Below, piece after piece: positions 16,300 to 27,200 of a stretch of DNA of 63,275 bases (position 1 is the stretch's first letter; every line of letters begins with the position of its first letter). The DNA lies in IMG/VR virus record IMGVR_UViG_3300045988_139407. One strand, given 5' to 3'. This DNA is from a virus. The notes under the pieces are model-generated. The model was not told the DNA's origin and did not search any database. It worked only from the letters and a program-made list of their open reading frames with translations. A program made the position numbers and the translations under genes.

Positions 16300-18486
16300 T
16301 TAGCTGCCACCACCTATTCCGGCCAAATCAGCTACTACTGGTGGGCGGTTGCGGAGGCGTTCACGTTCTATCTCTGCCTTTGAACGGAATGGAACGATTT
16401 CCGGTGCTGGCATATCCTTTTCTACGTAGAGGGCAATGGCTCGCGCCATGACACGGTCATCATGCTTTCCGGCTATGGCTCCATAGCAATCGTTCTGCTT
16501 GTAATAGAGGAAGTAGGTACATTCGTCTATTGCCGCAAGTTCTCGCTCCATATAGCCAGAATCACGGATGATGCGGGCCATGGTCTTCACTACTGCCACC
16601 TTTGTATTCTTGTTGGTGTTGAATCCCCATTTCATTTCGATATTCTTCACCTTTTTCAGTTTGGACTGGGAGGCACTATACAGGTTGTCGTAGAGTGGGA
16701 GGAGGATAGGGAAGAACAACTCTGACTGATTACCCTCAGTATTGTTCATGCGCGAGTAGGCGGTATTGTTCTCGATGACCAGATAAGCATCATTATAGAA
16801 ATGGGCTATCTGGGCACAGCGCATAGCTAACTGATCGGCATCGCAGTGGCCATGCCATTCAGCTACGATTTCCGGTACACCACCATAGATTTCATCATAG
16901 CGGTCGAGGACTACAATATCTGAGAAGTCGGAGGTTTTATGAGAACCACCAATATCGCAGGCTACGATATACCGATGTCTGACAATCTCAGAGTTGTCTG
17001 GTCCAGCCCACACCTTCAATGGTCCGCCTGAACGCTCGATGAAGCGGATATTGTTCATGCAAGCATCATCGGCAGCATCATAAGAGTCACCTTCAATGTC
17101 ACCCACCATGATAGGCTCGATACCCTTGCAGTCCTCTTCCATTTCCTTCAACTTGTATGGGTCGAAGACTGTAGTACCTGAGAATAGGAAGGCCTCTACA
17201 TCATCAGAAGGGAACTCCTGACGCATATCGTCAAGAGTCTCATACTCCTTGGACTTCTCAATATACCAATGGATGCCCTCTAAAGATGCGCCTTTACATT
17301 CGTAGAGCCACCAATAGTACTTACCATGACCTTGCTCGTCATTGCGATTTTTCCACAGCCAGATGGCGAAATCGGCACGTTCATCCTCGGAAGCAAATGG
17401 CAATATATATTTTTCAATTTCGAACCATGCCACGAAGACAGGAGTAAATGCTGACAGAGGTTTTCCGTCTTTGTCTACTGAGTTTGCGGCTACCCAGGCA
17501 TCGTGGAACTCGTTTTCTCGTCCGTTAGGCGTTGACTCTCTGACGATGAATGTTAAAGGATCTGGCTGAATAGATGATGACGCAGCCTTGATCACCTTTG
17601 CCGGGGTCCACTCTGTAGTATTCGGGAAGAAGGCTTCCTCGGTGATATGTGCGAGGGCTGCATCACCGGAACGACAGGACTCTGGGTTACGAGCCGAACC
17701 TGTCTGAATCTTGCAGGAACGAGGGATGAGGTACTTGATGTTCTGAATTGTGCCAGAAGTCTTCAACTTGCGAGTATCAGGCTTGAATGGTTGACCGATG
17801 TCGTAGAAGAGCCATGTAGGGATAGCGTTGATAAGCTTCTCGTACATATCGAACACCTGGGTAGCAGAAGAAGACTGGTGACCCACGATGTTGCTGTTCC
17901 AGTTGGTCTTCCAGAAGATCTGCAGCCATGCCATATAGATGTCGGTGAGGGTAGAACCACCCCATTGGCGACACTTCAAGAGAATGACACGGATGTAGCG
18001 GTACTGACTGTGAAGGCGCAACTGCTCGAAGACCTTGGCTAGTTTGATCTGGGCATTGCGAAGAAGAAAAGGTATATCCTCACCACCATCCTTATTCTTG
18101 ATTCGGGCGTAAGCGTAGGCGAAGAAATAGAAATCATGCTTACAGCGGAGACGGATGAGATAACGGAAGACAGCATCGCGTGCCTTCTCTTGGTCGAGGT
18201 CGGGCATGTACTTCTCGCAGAAGGCAGAGATAGAACCGCACTTGATGATGGCGCAAAACTTCTTTTCCTTCAACATTTCTACCGGGAGCCAGAGTTTCTT
18301 TCCATTCAGAAAATCAGTGATGACGCATTCGAATCGAAGTCCAGGGGCATTCTCTCCAGTAATGGGACGATAACTAGCGAGGAGACTTTTGAGTCTTCTC
18401 TTATCTTCTTCAAGAATCTCTTTGAGCTTCTTATCAGAAATCTGCTGCTGAGGTCGAACCTTTAAGGAGGATTTTGCTACTGGCAT
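16300..18486 (-). CDS. terL: Terminase large subunit, 728 aa
   Basis: Walker-A-like LLKCRQWGGSTLTDIYMAW, then a C-terminal RNaseH-like nuclease half with YIVACDIGGSHKTSDFSDIVVLDR and HGHCDADQLA. Size is typical. Confidence 0.8.
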   Translation of the reverse strand: MPVAKSSLKVRPQQQISDKKLKEILEEDKRRLKSLLASYRPITGENAPGLRFECVITDFLNGKKLWLPVEMLKEKKFCAIIKCGSISAFCEKYMPDLDQEKARDAVFRYLIRLRCKHDFYFFAYAYARIKNKDGGEDIPFLLRNAQIKLAKVFEQLRLHSQYRYIRVILLKCRQWGGSTLTDIYMAWLQIFWKTNWNSNIVGHQSSSATQVFDMYEKLINAIPTWLFYDIGQPFKPDTRKLKTSGTIQNIKYLIPRSCKIQTGSARNPESCRSGDAALAHITEEAFFPNTTEWTPAKVIKAASSSIQPDPLTFIVRESTPNGRENEFHDAWVAANSVDKDGKPLSAFTPVFVAWFEIEKYILPFASEDERADFAIWLWKNRNDEQGHGKYYWWLYECKGASLEGIHWYIEKSKEYETLDDMRQEFPSDDVEAFLFSGTTVFDPYKLKEMEEDCKGIEPIMVGDIEGDSYDAADDACMNNIRFIERSGGPLKVWAGPDNSEIVRHRYIVACDIGGSHKTSDFSDIVVLDRYDEIYGGVPEIVAEWHGHCDADQLAMRCAQIAHFYNDAYLVIENNTAYSRMNNTEGNQSELFFPILLPLYDNLYSASQSKLKKVKNIEMKWGFNTNKNTKVAVVKTMARIIRDSGYMERELAAIDECTYFLYYKQNDCYGAIAGKHDDRVMARAIALYVEKDMPAPEIVPFRSKAEIERERLRNRPPVVADLAGIGGGS

Positions 18487-18518
18487 TCGTTATATATAAT
18501 AATGTTAAGTGTGGAATG

Positions 18519-18998
18519 TCAAATGTTAAGTGTGTTGGCATGTCGGACAAATCTCTCTGCCTTAGCATAAATGAAACCTAAACAGAATAGGACTATGTGG
18601 AAGATACCAGCTATGTAAGGAAGAAGGAAACCTATAGCCATACCGAGCATCATCTGCCAGAAGTAGATGCGGTGATACCGATAATACCATTGCGCAGAGA
18701 ATCCCATGAAGAAAGAAATCAATACGGATGCACCCAATACAGGTAATGCCGGATAGTATATAAACGACAACAACACGGAGCAGAGCCAGGCAGCCAGTAG
18801 GCGATGGAAGCGGAACTGCTGATGAACCATCAATATGCACCAGCCGTTGATACCCCAGTGTATAAAGTTGGCATGACCGAACATATAGGCGAAATGGGTG
18901 TATAATGGCGATGATGGAGACACAGCCAGCGAGGCATGAAGCGGAATGATGAAAGCCATCAGGAGGATGATGAGAAGTGTAATATATAATGTACGCAT
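18519..18998 (-). CDS. Minimal rhomboid-family intramembrane serine protease-like protein, 159 aa, about 6 TM
   Basis: Exact HxxxxHxxxN motif (GHANFIHWGIN), a GxSx motif in a TM helix (LPVLGASVLISFF) and a C-terminal TM His (YIAGIFHIVLF). Confidence 0.55.
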   Translation of the reverse strand: MRTLYITLLIILLMAFIIPLHASLAVSPSSPLYTHFAYMFGHANFIHWGINGWCILMVHQQFRFHRLLAAWLCSVLLSFIYYPALPVLGASVLISFFMGFSAQWYYRYHRIYFWQMMLGMAIGFLLPYIAGIFHIVLFCLGFIYAKAERFVRHANTLNI

Positions 18999-19010
18999 AA
19001 TGGAAGTGAT

Positions 19011-19445
19011 TTATCGAGTTATGAATGATGTTTTCTTATTGCGGAAATAATTGTTTATTTTCATCTGTATGTAGCGTGGAGCCATACCCAAATTGGGCGC
19101 AGGAAGATTCAGGCATTCATACACAAGATTTTTGGTATTGTATTCCTTGTATTGATCCATTTGCCGGAGACGCAAGAAATCCTGATAGAAATCTTCAAAG
19201 AGTTTTTCTTTCATGGCTTGGTATTTGCCGAATTTAGGTTTATCCCCCTTGATGCGTTTACATACATACCGATAGGCTGTGCTATCGGCAAGATAATAGC
19301 AAGATGCAGGCATCTTTGCGATGTAATCGCATATCTTAGCCATGGTGGTAGGATATTCTACCATCCTCTTGGCCTTACGAAAGAGCAGATACATTTCTTG
19401 GTCTCTTTTAAGGTAAATTTCGGATATGGAATTTAGATGTTTCAT
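19011..19445 (-). CDS. Hypothetical protein, 144 aa; positional candidate for the small terminase/DNA-binding subunit
   Basis: First gene of the operon that contains terL. Basic, with a possible HTH (TTMAKICDYIAKMPASCYYLADSTAYRYV). Confidence 0.3.
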   Translation of the reverse strand: MKHLNSISEIYLKRDQEMYLLFRKAKRMVEYPTTMAKICDYIAKMPASCYYLADSTAYRYVCKRIKGDKPKFGKYQAMKEKLFEDFYQDFLRLRQMDQYKEYNTKNLVYECLNLPAPNLGMAPRYIQMKINNYFRNKKTSFITR

Positions 19446-19465
19446 ACCAGCAAAATTAATTCATC

Positions 19466-19513
19466 AAGATGCAGAACTTATCACAAAGTAATGCGAAATT
19501 TTCCTTAATTTAG
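19466..19513 (+). promoter_or_regulatory. Late-type promoter (degenerate copy): AAGATGCAGAACTTATCAC + 21 nt + TAATTTAG
   Basis: Same geometry as the other four copies, 26 nt before the ATG at 19540. Confidence 0.5.
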
Positions 19514-19539
19514 CACACAAATATTAAAAATGAATATTT

Positions 19540-20352
19540 ATGGCAAAAGAAACTATTGATAATCAGAAAGTTAAGTCAAAGCGAGATTCTTTCAGAGAGC
19601 GTCTTGCTCAGCGTTATCCGGACTTGAATATGGACGATGATGAGGCTGTTTATGGTCAACTTTCGACCGATTACGACCAGTATGACCAGAATAAGCAGAA
19701 AATGGATGACTTCAACAAAATGTTGCAGGACAACCCGCATGCTCCAAGTCTGGTGACAGGTCTTGTGACCAAGAAAAATGCCGATGGCAGCGACTTCAAT
19801 TTTATCGATTTCATGATTGATGAAATGGGGCAGGACTATATTGATGCCATCAATGGTGACGAGAAGGCTAAGGCACGCTTGAAATCTAGCGAGAAAGAGA
19901 AACTTGAAGCCAGCGAGAAACTTGCAAAGGGCAATGAGCAACTTGCTGCCAATATGAAGCTGGAAGATGCCGAACTTGACGCTGCTATTAAAGAAGCGAA
20001 ATTGAAGCCTGAGGCGATTACCGATTTGATAGAATGGATTTACAAGCGTAGCGATGATGGCGAGGATCACGATGATGATGGTTTTGTATGGCGTGCAGCT
20101 CGTTATGATCTGAAGAAAGAAGACTTCTTGCGCCTCTTCCAGATAAAGGACTTCGACAAAGCTGTGGCTGATGCCGAGGAGCGAGGCTACAAGCGTGGTA
20201 AGAACGAGAAGATTGACCAGCAGAAACAACTGCATGATGGCAAGCAGGGCGGCAAGAAGAACATCAACATCGATGGAGGCGGTGGCGCACCATCACTTCC
20301 AAAGGAAAAGAGCCGTACAGAACAGGTGTACAGCAAGATGATTGGGATGTAG
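19540..20352 (+). CDS. Scaffolding protein candidate, 270 aa
   Basis: Highly charged and helical (D/E/K rich), immediately upstream of the capsid gene. Confidence 0.55.
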   Translation: MAKETIDNQKVKSKRDSFRERLAQRYPDLNMDDDEAVYGQLSTDYDQYDQNKQKMDDFNKMLQDNPHAPSLVTGLVTKKNADGSDFNFIDFMIDEMGQDYIDAINGDEKAKARLKSSEKEKLEASEKLAKGNEQLAANMKLEDAELDAAIKEAKLKPEAITDLIEWIYKRSDDGEDHDDDGFVWRAARYDLKKEDFLRLFQIKDFDKAVADAEERGYKRGKNEKIDQQKQLHDGKQGGKKNINIDGGGGAPSLPKEKSRTEQVYSKMIGM

Positions 20353-20392
20353 AATTAGAAATTTATAATTAATAATTTTAAATGTATCGATT

Positions 20393-21958
20393 ATGAAACA
20401 GTTTAAGAAATGGTTTGGTTTCATGATGGCGATGCTCGTCATGATCCTTAGTGGTGGAAGCTCTTATGCGATGGCAGAAAATCCTCCTGCTGTTCCAACT
20501 GGTGAAGGTGGTGGTGGCCCGACTGGTCCTTTGAATGGTCCCGGTGTAGGTGGCTCTGGTCCTCAGTGGCAGGGTGGTAGTCAGGAGGCACAGGAAAATT
20601 TGGGCAACTGGGACTACTATGTTGCTCATGTTAACCCAACAGTCGTAGAGATGAAGTTGGAGAGCTGTCCTATTGATCAGATTTTACGTGCATCCAAGAA
20701 GATGACTCCTATCGACTCTGTTCGGGTAGAATACTATTCTATCGGTCAGAAGCCTATCATGTCAAAACTTACTACTCAGGTTAATAAGCAGACCAATGGT
20801 AACTCTGTAACCTTCGTGGTAGAAAATCCGTCAGCTTTCGATAATGGTGATGTTATTATGGTAGATGGCATCTATGGCTATGATGAGACAGGTACGAATA
20901 AGAGTACTTTGATTCCTCTTCAGTTCCGTGTAATCAGCCATGATAATGACAATAACCCTATTGCCTACGCTCTGAATGGAAAGAAAAACCCTTCGCGCGG
21001 CAACCGTGATTTTGAAGACAATATTCCGGTAGGTACAACTCTGATGCGCCTCGGAAGAGCCGCAGGCGAGAAAGAGGTTGAAACTGGTAGTTATTACTCT
21101 ATGCCAGATAAGAGCTTCCAGTATTGCCAGCGATTTATCATGCAGGTTGAGGAGTCTCTTATTAACCGCATGAGTAAGACTCAGGTAAAATGGGACTTCA
21201 CACGACAGGAAAAAATGGCTATGGACGATATGCGTTATGGCCAGGAGCGAAGTGGTCTGTTCGGTGTAAAGAGCATGTCGAATGGTGGCGAGAAAGTTGG
21301 TTTGACCTATACCATGGGCGGTATTTACTGGGAAGCAGGCAAGGACTTGCAGATTGGCCATTGGGCTGTCAAGAAAGATGAGAATGGTGAAATTGTAAAG
21401 GCAAAGGTAAAAGTACCTAAGCCAGGTGGTTCCGATGGCGAAACTGTGGAGCAGCAAAAAACAGTATATGAGTATGTGATCAGCGAGAAGGAACTTTCTG
21501 CATTTATCGCGGCTGTATTGAAGGGTGCTGGTAACTCCAGCCGTACGAAACTTCTCTTCGTTGACAACTTGATCTATCAGGCATTTGCTAACCTTCGCTC
21601 TAACAAGCGTATCATTACCCAGACAGAAAAGGACTATCAGGGTTGGAAACTTGACTTCGAGAAGTTTGAGAGTATGGGTACTAAGATTCTGATTTATCGC
21701 CACGATGCTTTTAACTCCTGGGGTATGGATGGTAGAGCGTTCTTGCTGGATGCTCGTTATCTTGACAAATACGTATTTGGTGTGTGGAGTAGAAATGAGT
21801 TTAACGCTAAGGATCTCTTGATTCGTAACACTGCAGGTGTTGTGATGGAGGAGTATAGCTGCTGGGTACTGACCTTCCCTGATGCTCATGCGCGTGTAGC
21901 CCGACCAGTCTTCACTGGTGATGGCGTGACCGATGAGCAGATTTTGGAGGCAGCGTAA
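20393..21958 (+). CDS. Major capsid protein candidate, 521 aa, with an unusual signal-peptide-like N-terminus and a Gly/Pro-rich linker
   Basis: Follows the scaffold gene; size and beta-rich composition fit. The N-terminus is MKQFKKWFGFMMAMLVMILSGGSSYAMA followed by ENPPAVPTGEGGGGPTGPLNGPGVGGSGPQWQGG. An alternative start is M27 at 20471. Confidence 0.6.
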   Translation: MKQFKKWFGFMMAMLVMILSGGSSYAMAENPPAVPTGEGGGGPTGPLNGPGVGGSGPQWQGGSQEAQENLGNWDYYVAHVNPTVVEMKLESCPIDQILRASKKMTPIDSVRVEYYSIGQKPIMSKLTTQVNKQTNGNSVTFVVENPSAFDNGDVIMVDGIYGYDETGTNKSTLIPLQFRVISHDNDNNPIAYALNGKKNPSRGNRDFEDNIPVGTTLMRLGRAAGEKEVETGSYYSMPDKSFQYCQRFIMQVEESLINRMSKTQVKWDFTRQEKMAMDDMRYGQERSGLFGVKSMSNGGEKVGLTYTMGGIYWEAGKDLQIGHWAVKKDENGEIVKAKVKVPKPGGSDGETVEQQKTVYEYVISEKELSAFIAAVLKGAGNSSRTKLLFVDNLIYQAFANLRSNKRIITQTEKDYQGWKLDFEKFESMGTKILIYRHDAFNSWGMDGRAFLLDARYLDKYVFGVWSRNEFNAKDLLIRNTAGVVMEEYSCWVLTFPDAHARVARPVFTGDGVTDEQILEAA

Positions 21959-22060
21959 TCATCGTATAGGAAACTGATAGTTTTCTACATATATCAATCT
22001 AGGGGATAGTTGAGGCTAATGCAGTCTCACTATCCCTTCTCACCATAAACACAAATAGAT

Positions 22061-22432
22061 ATGTATAGATTTGTAGCTAAGAGCATGCTCATTTTTGTGG
22101 TGACACTTCCGAGCGGACTGATCAAGAACATTGAGTTTGAGCGGTGTGGCAACGATGCCTATTCGTACATTACGGATAACAAGCAGGTGGCAGAATGCAT
22201 CAGGAGACATCCTCTTACGAAGGCAGGCCGTATCATTGATGAGAGCCAGCCGGAAGAGATTCAGCAACAAAAAGAAGAGCAGGTGAAGGACGAGAATGCC
22301 CTTCATTTCGAGAACATCACCAAGGCCAAGAACTATCTCCAGAAGACGTATAAGGTAGATGTAAGGAAACTGAAATCACCTGAGAGTGTGAAGGAGAAGG
22401 CTAAAGAGTTGGGTGTGGTGATTGAGTTTTAG
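22061..22432 (+). CDS. Hypothetical virion-module protein, 123 aa
   Basis: ATG at 22061, located in the structural block. Confidence 0.55.
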   Translation: MYRFVAKSMLIFVVTLPSGLIKNIEFERCGNDAYSYITDNKQVAECIRRHPLTKAGRIIDESQPEEIQQQKEEQVKDENALHFENITKAKNYLQKTYKVDVRKLKSPESVKEKAKELGVVIEF

Positions 22433-22464
22433 TTTATAATTTTTAGTTAATAGGTTTCTTGCTT

Positions 22465-23190
22465 ATGGAAGTTCTTATGAGTGACCTTGTGAAGGATATG
22501 CGCATAGCTATGGACGAAGTGATCCATGATGAGGTGAATGACATCATTACGGATGATTCGGACACGGAAATGAAGCAAGCCATTGAAACGGCAGCACAAC
22601 AGATTCTGCTGCAAGCACCAGCGCAAATGATTCTCCCCAAAAGGGTGGAAGTTTCGCTGAATGAAAGTGGCAATCAAGATTATGATGCCATCCAAACACA
22701 GTTTACAGATGGTCATGGATGCCTGACAATTCCTGACGATTGGCTGAGACTTGTAGAGTTGAGGCTACGAAGTTGGCAAAGCACGCTGACGATGCTGATG
22801 GAACCAGGCAGCAAGGAGGCTCAGATGCAAGCCTCCCGGTGGACCAGGGGAACACCGCAAAAACCAAAGGGCATGATTACCACATCGCCAACTACAGGCA
22901 AGCGAGTGCTGATGTACTGGACTGCCGGAAGGTATGATGCCAACCATGCACCTGTTGGAGCTGTATATGATCATGAGGTTGAACTGTTCACGTATATCCC
23001 TTATCAAAAGTTAGAGGATGTGTTTTCTACTGATACTGGGCATGAAAACGAAGTGACCGACCAGAAGATCATCCTTTCCCTGACAGATGAATGCAAGAAA
23101 TATCTTATCTATCGTGCCGTTTCAATCTTCCTTGTAAGTAAGAAGGAAAACGAACTGGCCGAAAAGTATAACCAATTATCTCAAATATAA
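22465..23190 (+). CDS. Hypothetical structural protein (head-tail connector candidate), 241 aa
   Basis: The track ORF starts at TTG 22459; the first ATG is at 22465. The call rests on position between the capsid and fibre genes. Confidence 0.5.
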   Translation: MEVLMSDLVKDMRIAMDEVIHDEVNDIITDDSDTEMKQAIETAAQQILLQAPAQMILPKRVEVSLNESGNQDYDAIQTQFTDGHGCLTIPDDWLRLVELRLRSWQSTLTMLMEPGSKEAQMQASRWTRGTPQKPKGMITTSPTTGKRVLMYWTAGRYDANHAPVGAVYDHEVELFTYIPYQKLEDVFSTDTGHENEVTDQKIILSLTDECKKYLIYRAVSIFLVSKKENELAEKYNQLSQI

Positions 23191-23196
23191 AATCTT

Positions 23197-24045
23197 ATGG
23201 CTAACGATATAGACAAAACAAGTCCTCACTACAAGGGTGATTTTGGCAGCATCTATGAGGTGAACCGAAAGTTCCCTACTGGTGGTGTTTCCGGTGACTT
23301 TGTGGTGATAGACGGTTGGGCTCATTACTGGAATGCAGACAGAGGAACTTGGTGTGTAAATGCCAAGAGGGATAGCTATTGGGACGAGTTGATAACAAAT
23401 ATCATAGAAAAGTTTAAACTCGTAAGATGTGCTACGTATATGGGCGTGGCTAGTCTTGACACTGTGCCTACAAAAGTTATTGATGCCAAAATGTATTATT
23501 TTGCGACCGCCGCTGGTACGTATAAAAACTTTGATAATCTCGTAGTTCCTCAGGGCATCAATGTACTCTATTCTGAGAATGGCAGCAGCTGGGTAAACAC
23601 AACCTTGCTGGAAGTGGCTCAGGAGTTGGGCGTGAGCACCAATAAGGTTGTAAGCCAGAAGACCTTGAATGATGCATTGGCTAAGAAGTTCGACAAGGAG
23701 AGTGTTGTTCAGGAATCAGGAGAAGCTGAGGATAAGGTGATGAGTCAGAAGGCTGTTAGTGACAAACTCCGCGACTTATCATCCACTATCAACGAAATCA
23801 AGGAGAAAGCTAACACCGCCTCTACTGGTGCAAGCAATGCGTTAAAAAAGGCAGAGGCGGCAAACAAAACGGCAGAGGCAAACAAACAGGCTTTGACTAC
23901 CGCTACGTCCGATATTTCTACATTGAAGAAAAAAGTAGATGACATCCCTGCTACTATCACGAAGTTCGTGAATATGACGGAAGCAGCTTACGAGGCCTTG
24001 GAAACAAAGGACCCCGACACCTACTATATGCTTACGGAGGAATAG
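23197..24045 (+). CDS. Fibre/whisker-like structural protein, 282 aa
   Basis: Two K-V-[VM]-SQK-[TA]-[LV] motifs (NKVVSQKTLNDAL, DKVMSQKAVSDKL) followed by an Ala/Lys-rich coiled coil. Confidence 0.45.
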   Translation: MANDIDKTSPHYKGDFGSIYEVNRKFPTGGVSGDFVVIDGWAHYWNADRGTWCVNAKRDSYWDELITNIIEKFKLVRCATYMGVASLDTVPTKVIDAKMYYFATAAGTYKNFDNLVVPQGINVLYSENGSSWVNTTLLEVAQELGVSTNKVVSQKTLNDALAKKFDKESVVQESGEAEDKVMSQKAVSDKLRDLSSTINEIKEKANTASTGASNALKKAEAANKTAEANKQALTTATSDISTLKKKVDDIPATITKFVNMTEAAYEALETKDPDTYYMLTEE

Positions 24046-24048
24046 TCT

Positions 24049-24219
24049 ATGATCAAGTTAGGAAATAAAGAAATCTCTGCTATCAGGTTAGGAAGTAATG
24101 TGATTTCGGCAGTGTATAAGGGAAGTGTCCTTATTTGGCAAGCTATCAGAAGTTGTTTCGGCAGCGGATGGTGGGTAAATGAGAAACCTTGGATTGATGA
24201 TGAAACTTGGAAAAATTAA
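24049..24219 (+). CDS. Small ORF, 56 aa (below the track cutoff)
   Basis: Hand translation gives MIKLGNKEISAIRLGSNVISAVYKGSVLIWQAIRSCFGSGWWVNEKPWIDDETWKN, stop at 24217-24219. It fills the gap between two structural genes exactly. Confidence 0.4.
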   Translation: MIKLGNKEISAIRLGSNVISAVYKGSVLIWQAIRSCFGSGWWVNEKPWIDDETWKN

Positions 24220-24225
24220 TAAAAT

Positions 24226-27200
24226 ATGGCAACAGAAAAAATAGATAAGGAAATACCTGACATCAATACCGATTGGGGAGGTTACTTGGGTAAATGGGTA
24301 CAGAAGCTCATCAAGGACAACTTGATTTCCCTAAAAGATGGGAAGTTCGGTTATATTGACCAAGAGGTAGTGCCGGAGGGAAATAATTCGCACATCTATT
24401 GGAGGTTCTTTTCCGACGAGAATAGTTATCGTGAGTGGTATAATGACAAGGATAAGTATGCCGATAACGTCAAACAGTCGTATGACTTTGTTACCGCAAA
24501 GGCTGAACTCCAGTATATCCTGCGAACATCTATGGTAAAGAGACCTAATGATGTCATCGTAAAGGGAACAGAGTGTGTCGCAACCATCAATTACAATAGT
24601 TACTACGGAGAGCCTTCCGAAAAGGATGAGACAAGCGGAACTCTTGTGGTATCAGTAAATGGCGTTGATATTCCGGAACTGAAACAGACACTTGAAGCTT
24701 CTGGTACGGCAACTGGTAACAATTATAATGTTGATCTGACCAACTATCTTGTGTCAGAGACGAATACGGTAAAGATTACTGTGGCGAATACGCATGGCCA
24801 AAGCAGAACTTTCTCTTTCAGTATCAGAACGGTATCTATCAACCTCTCTTTTGATGCGAGTTATGTAGAAACTGCCGTAAGGGATGGAAAGTGGTCTTTG
24901 CGTGTGAATTGTCAGGGTGCGAATGCCACCGTCTATTGTAAGGTAAGCAATGGTAATGGCAGTGAAACCATGACTAAGACCATCAACAACTCGTCGGGTG
25001 AGTTTGTTATTGATTCAAAAGGTACTTATCTTGCGGGTAAGCATGAAATTGAAGTATGGGCAGTCAATTCAGAGTATGGCATCACAACAGACAAGATACG
25101 AACTTCCTATATCAAGAAGGGCAATACTCCTGCCATCGCTATAGGAAAAGACGCTCCTGTATCTGCTACCCAGTATTCCACTATTCAAGTACCTTATTAT
25201 TTCTACCTTCCTGACAATGAGATTGGCTCACAGGTTGCAATCGAAATCAAGGTATTGTATAATAACAATACAGAGGAACTTGTTCTGACGGACCAGTTAT
25301 GTACCGTAGATGATAACCATACATCAGGTGAGACACCTTTAAAGGCTACTGTACCGCTGGATTTAAATGATTATGCTCCAAAGATTAGCGTAGTCATATC
25401 CGTCGGTGAGGTAACTGCAACCCATGATGTAACAATCAAGGGTGCAGGAGTTACCTTGCAGCCGGTCAGCGAATGCAAGGTATATTACTCGATGAAGGGT
25501 AAGACTAACTCCGATAAGGGTATTGAGAACTTGGAGAGTTATTATGAAGGAGTAAGAACTTCCTATCTGGAGCGTTCTGCCAACTTTAAGTTGAATGCCT
25601 ATAACGGATTCCTTGATGGAAAAGGTATGACCATCGGCGCTGGAAAGCATGTCACACTGAAAGACTGGCAACCATTTGCAGAGAACTTCGGTGTAAGTGG
25701 AAACAGGAAGGGAAGAGCCATTGAGATTGAGTTCGAGACAGGTATCTGTTCTGATGAGAATGCAGTTATCGTAGATTGCATGGATGAGACAACTGGTTTC
25801 CGCATATACGCTAACAGAATCGAGGTAAAATGTTCTACGGATAGTGTAATGACTTACTATCCTGAGACCAAGCGAATGAAATTCTCTTTGTCTATTGATG
25901 GAACTACTACTCATACGGTCAACAATCTTGGTGGTGGTGATGCAACAGAGAAGGACGTGAACTTGGCTTATCTGTGTCTGAATGGTGTATGCGTAAGAAT
26001 GTTCGATTATTCTAACGCTAACTGGAAGCAGGGAACTCCAAAGGATATAGTCATAGGTTCGGATATGGCACAGGTCATCCTCTATTCTATAAGAGGATAT
26101 GAGAAATCCATCAACCCTTATCAAGCCTTGGATAATTTTGCTTACGACACACCAGATGTTAATGATGTGTATGATAGCAACGGAATCTTTGATCATTACG
26201 GAAAGATTAACCTCGCCAAGCGCAACGATATTCTCAACAGCAGTGGCAATATTCATAACCCTGATGAGATTATATCCTATGAGAAGGTGAAAAAGGCGTT
26301 ACCTCAATCCCCTATCATCGTATGGAATATCGACAACTTGCCTTACAACAAGAACAATGATGATGTTCCTATCAATGGTACGACCTTTGAAAATCCACTC
26401 TGGAATAAGGCTACTGATGGATGGGCGCAAGCTCCTTTCACCGTAGGCGCACACATGTTCAATGCCGATGGTACATCGTCTAATGGTTACCCTCTGCCAT
26501 ACAAGAATTTTGCCGAGATTTTTGAAACTGGCAATGGCGATTCTGTAAATATTGTTGTAGGATTGGTTGGTGAGACAGAGAACCATACTCTTTACTCCAT
26601 TACTATTGGTGTAGAGACTGGTGAGAAGGAAATGGTTCACAAGGTAAACTTTGCTTCATCTGAAGGTATCTTCAATATTCATGCCATGAATATGTACCAG
26701 CAGATACTTCTTGCTTGTGCTAAAGGTAATGAATCGCTCTATACTGCCTATCAGAAAGAACAGGCAGATTTAGGTAAGGCTGTAACATACAGGAAGTCAC
26801 TTAGTGGATTCCCTGAGATAGGATTCCGAAGAACCTCAACAAGTGGAACTGCTGCGCCTACCTTCCTCAGCATATATAATTTCATCAATAACAAATATTC
26901 TGCGTCTTTCCTTGGCTTCCCTGCAAAGGACTACATGAAGGCTCAGATATGGGAGATAGATGAGAATGTCAATATGTTCAATCAGGAGGCTGGAGACTAT
27001 AGCGTTGATGGTGATTCATTGCAGAGTAGTGTGCTGACTGGTATTCCACTTTACTATGCGAGAGTACCAAAGAAGTCACCTGTCAATAAATCAAATAAAC
27101 TGGGTGTAGCAAAGAAAACTACGGACAACATAGATGCTGCCAACCAGGAGCTTGCGGTAATCAAGCGTTTCCATAACTGGGTAGTTTCCACGAATGTACT

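Noticed and set aside
20831-21889. 352-aa minus-strand ORF opposite the capsid gene, and 25363..26256 opposite the tail gene
   Set aside because: Both are antisense shadows with a biased composition, and no promoter or gene context supports them.
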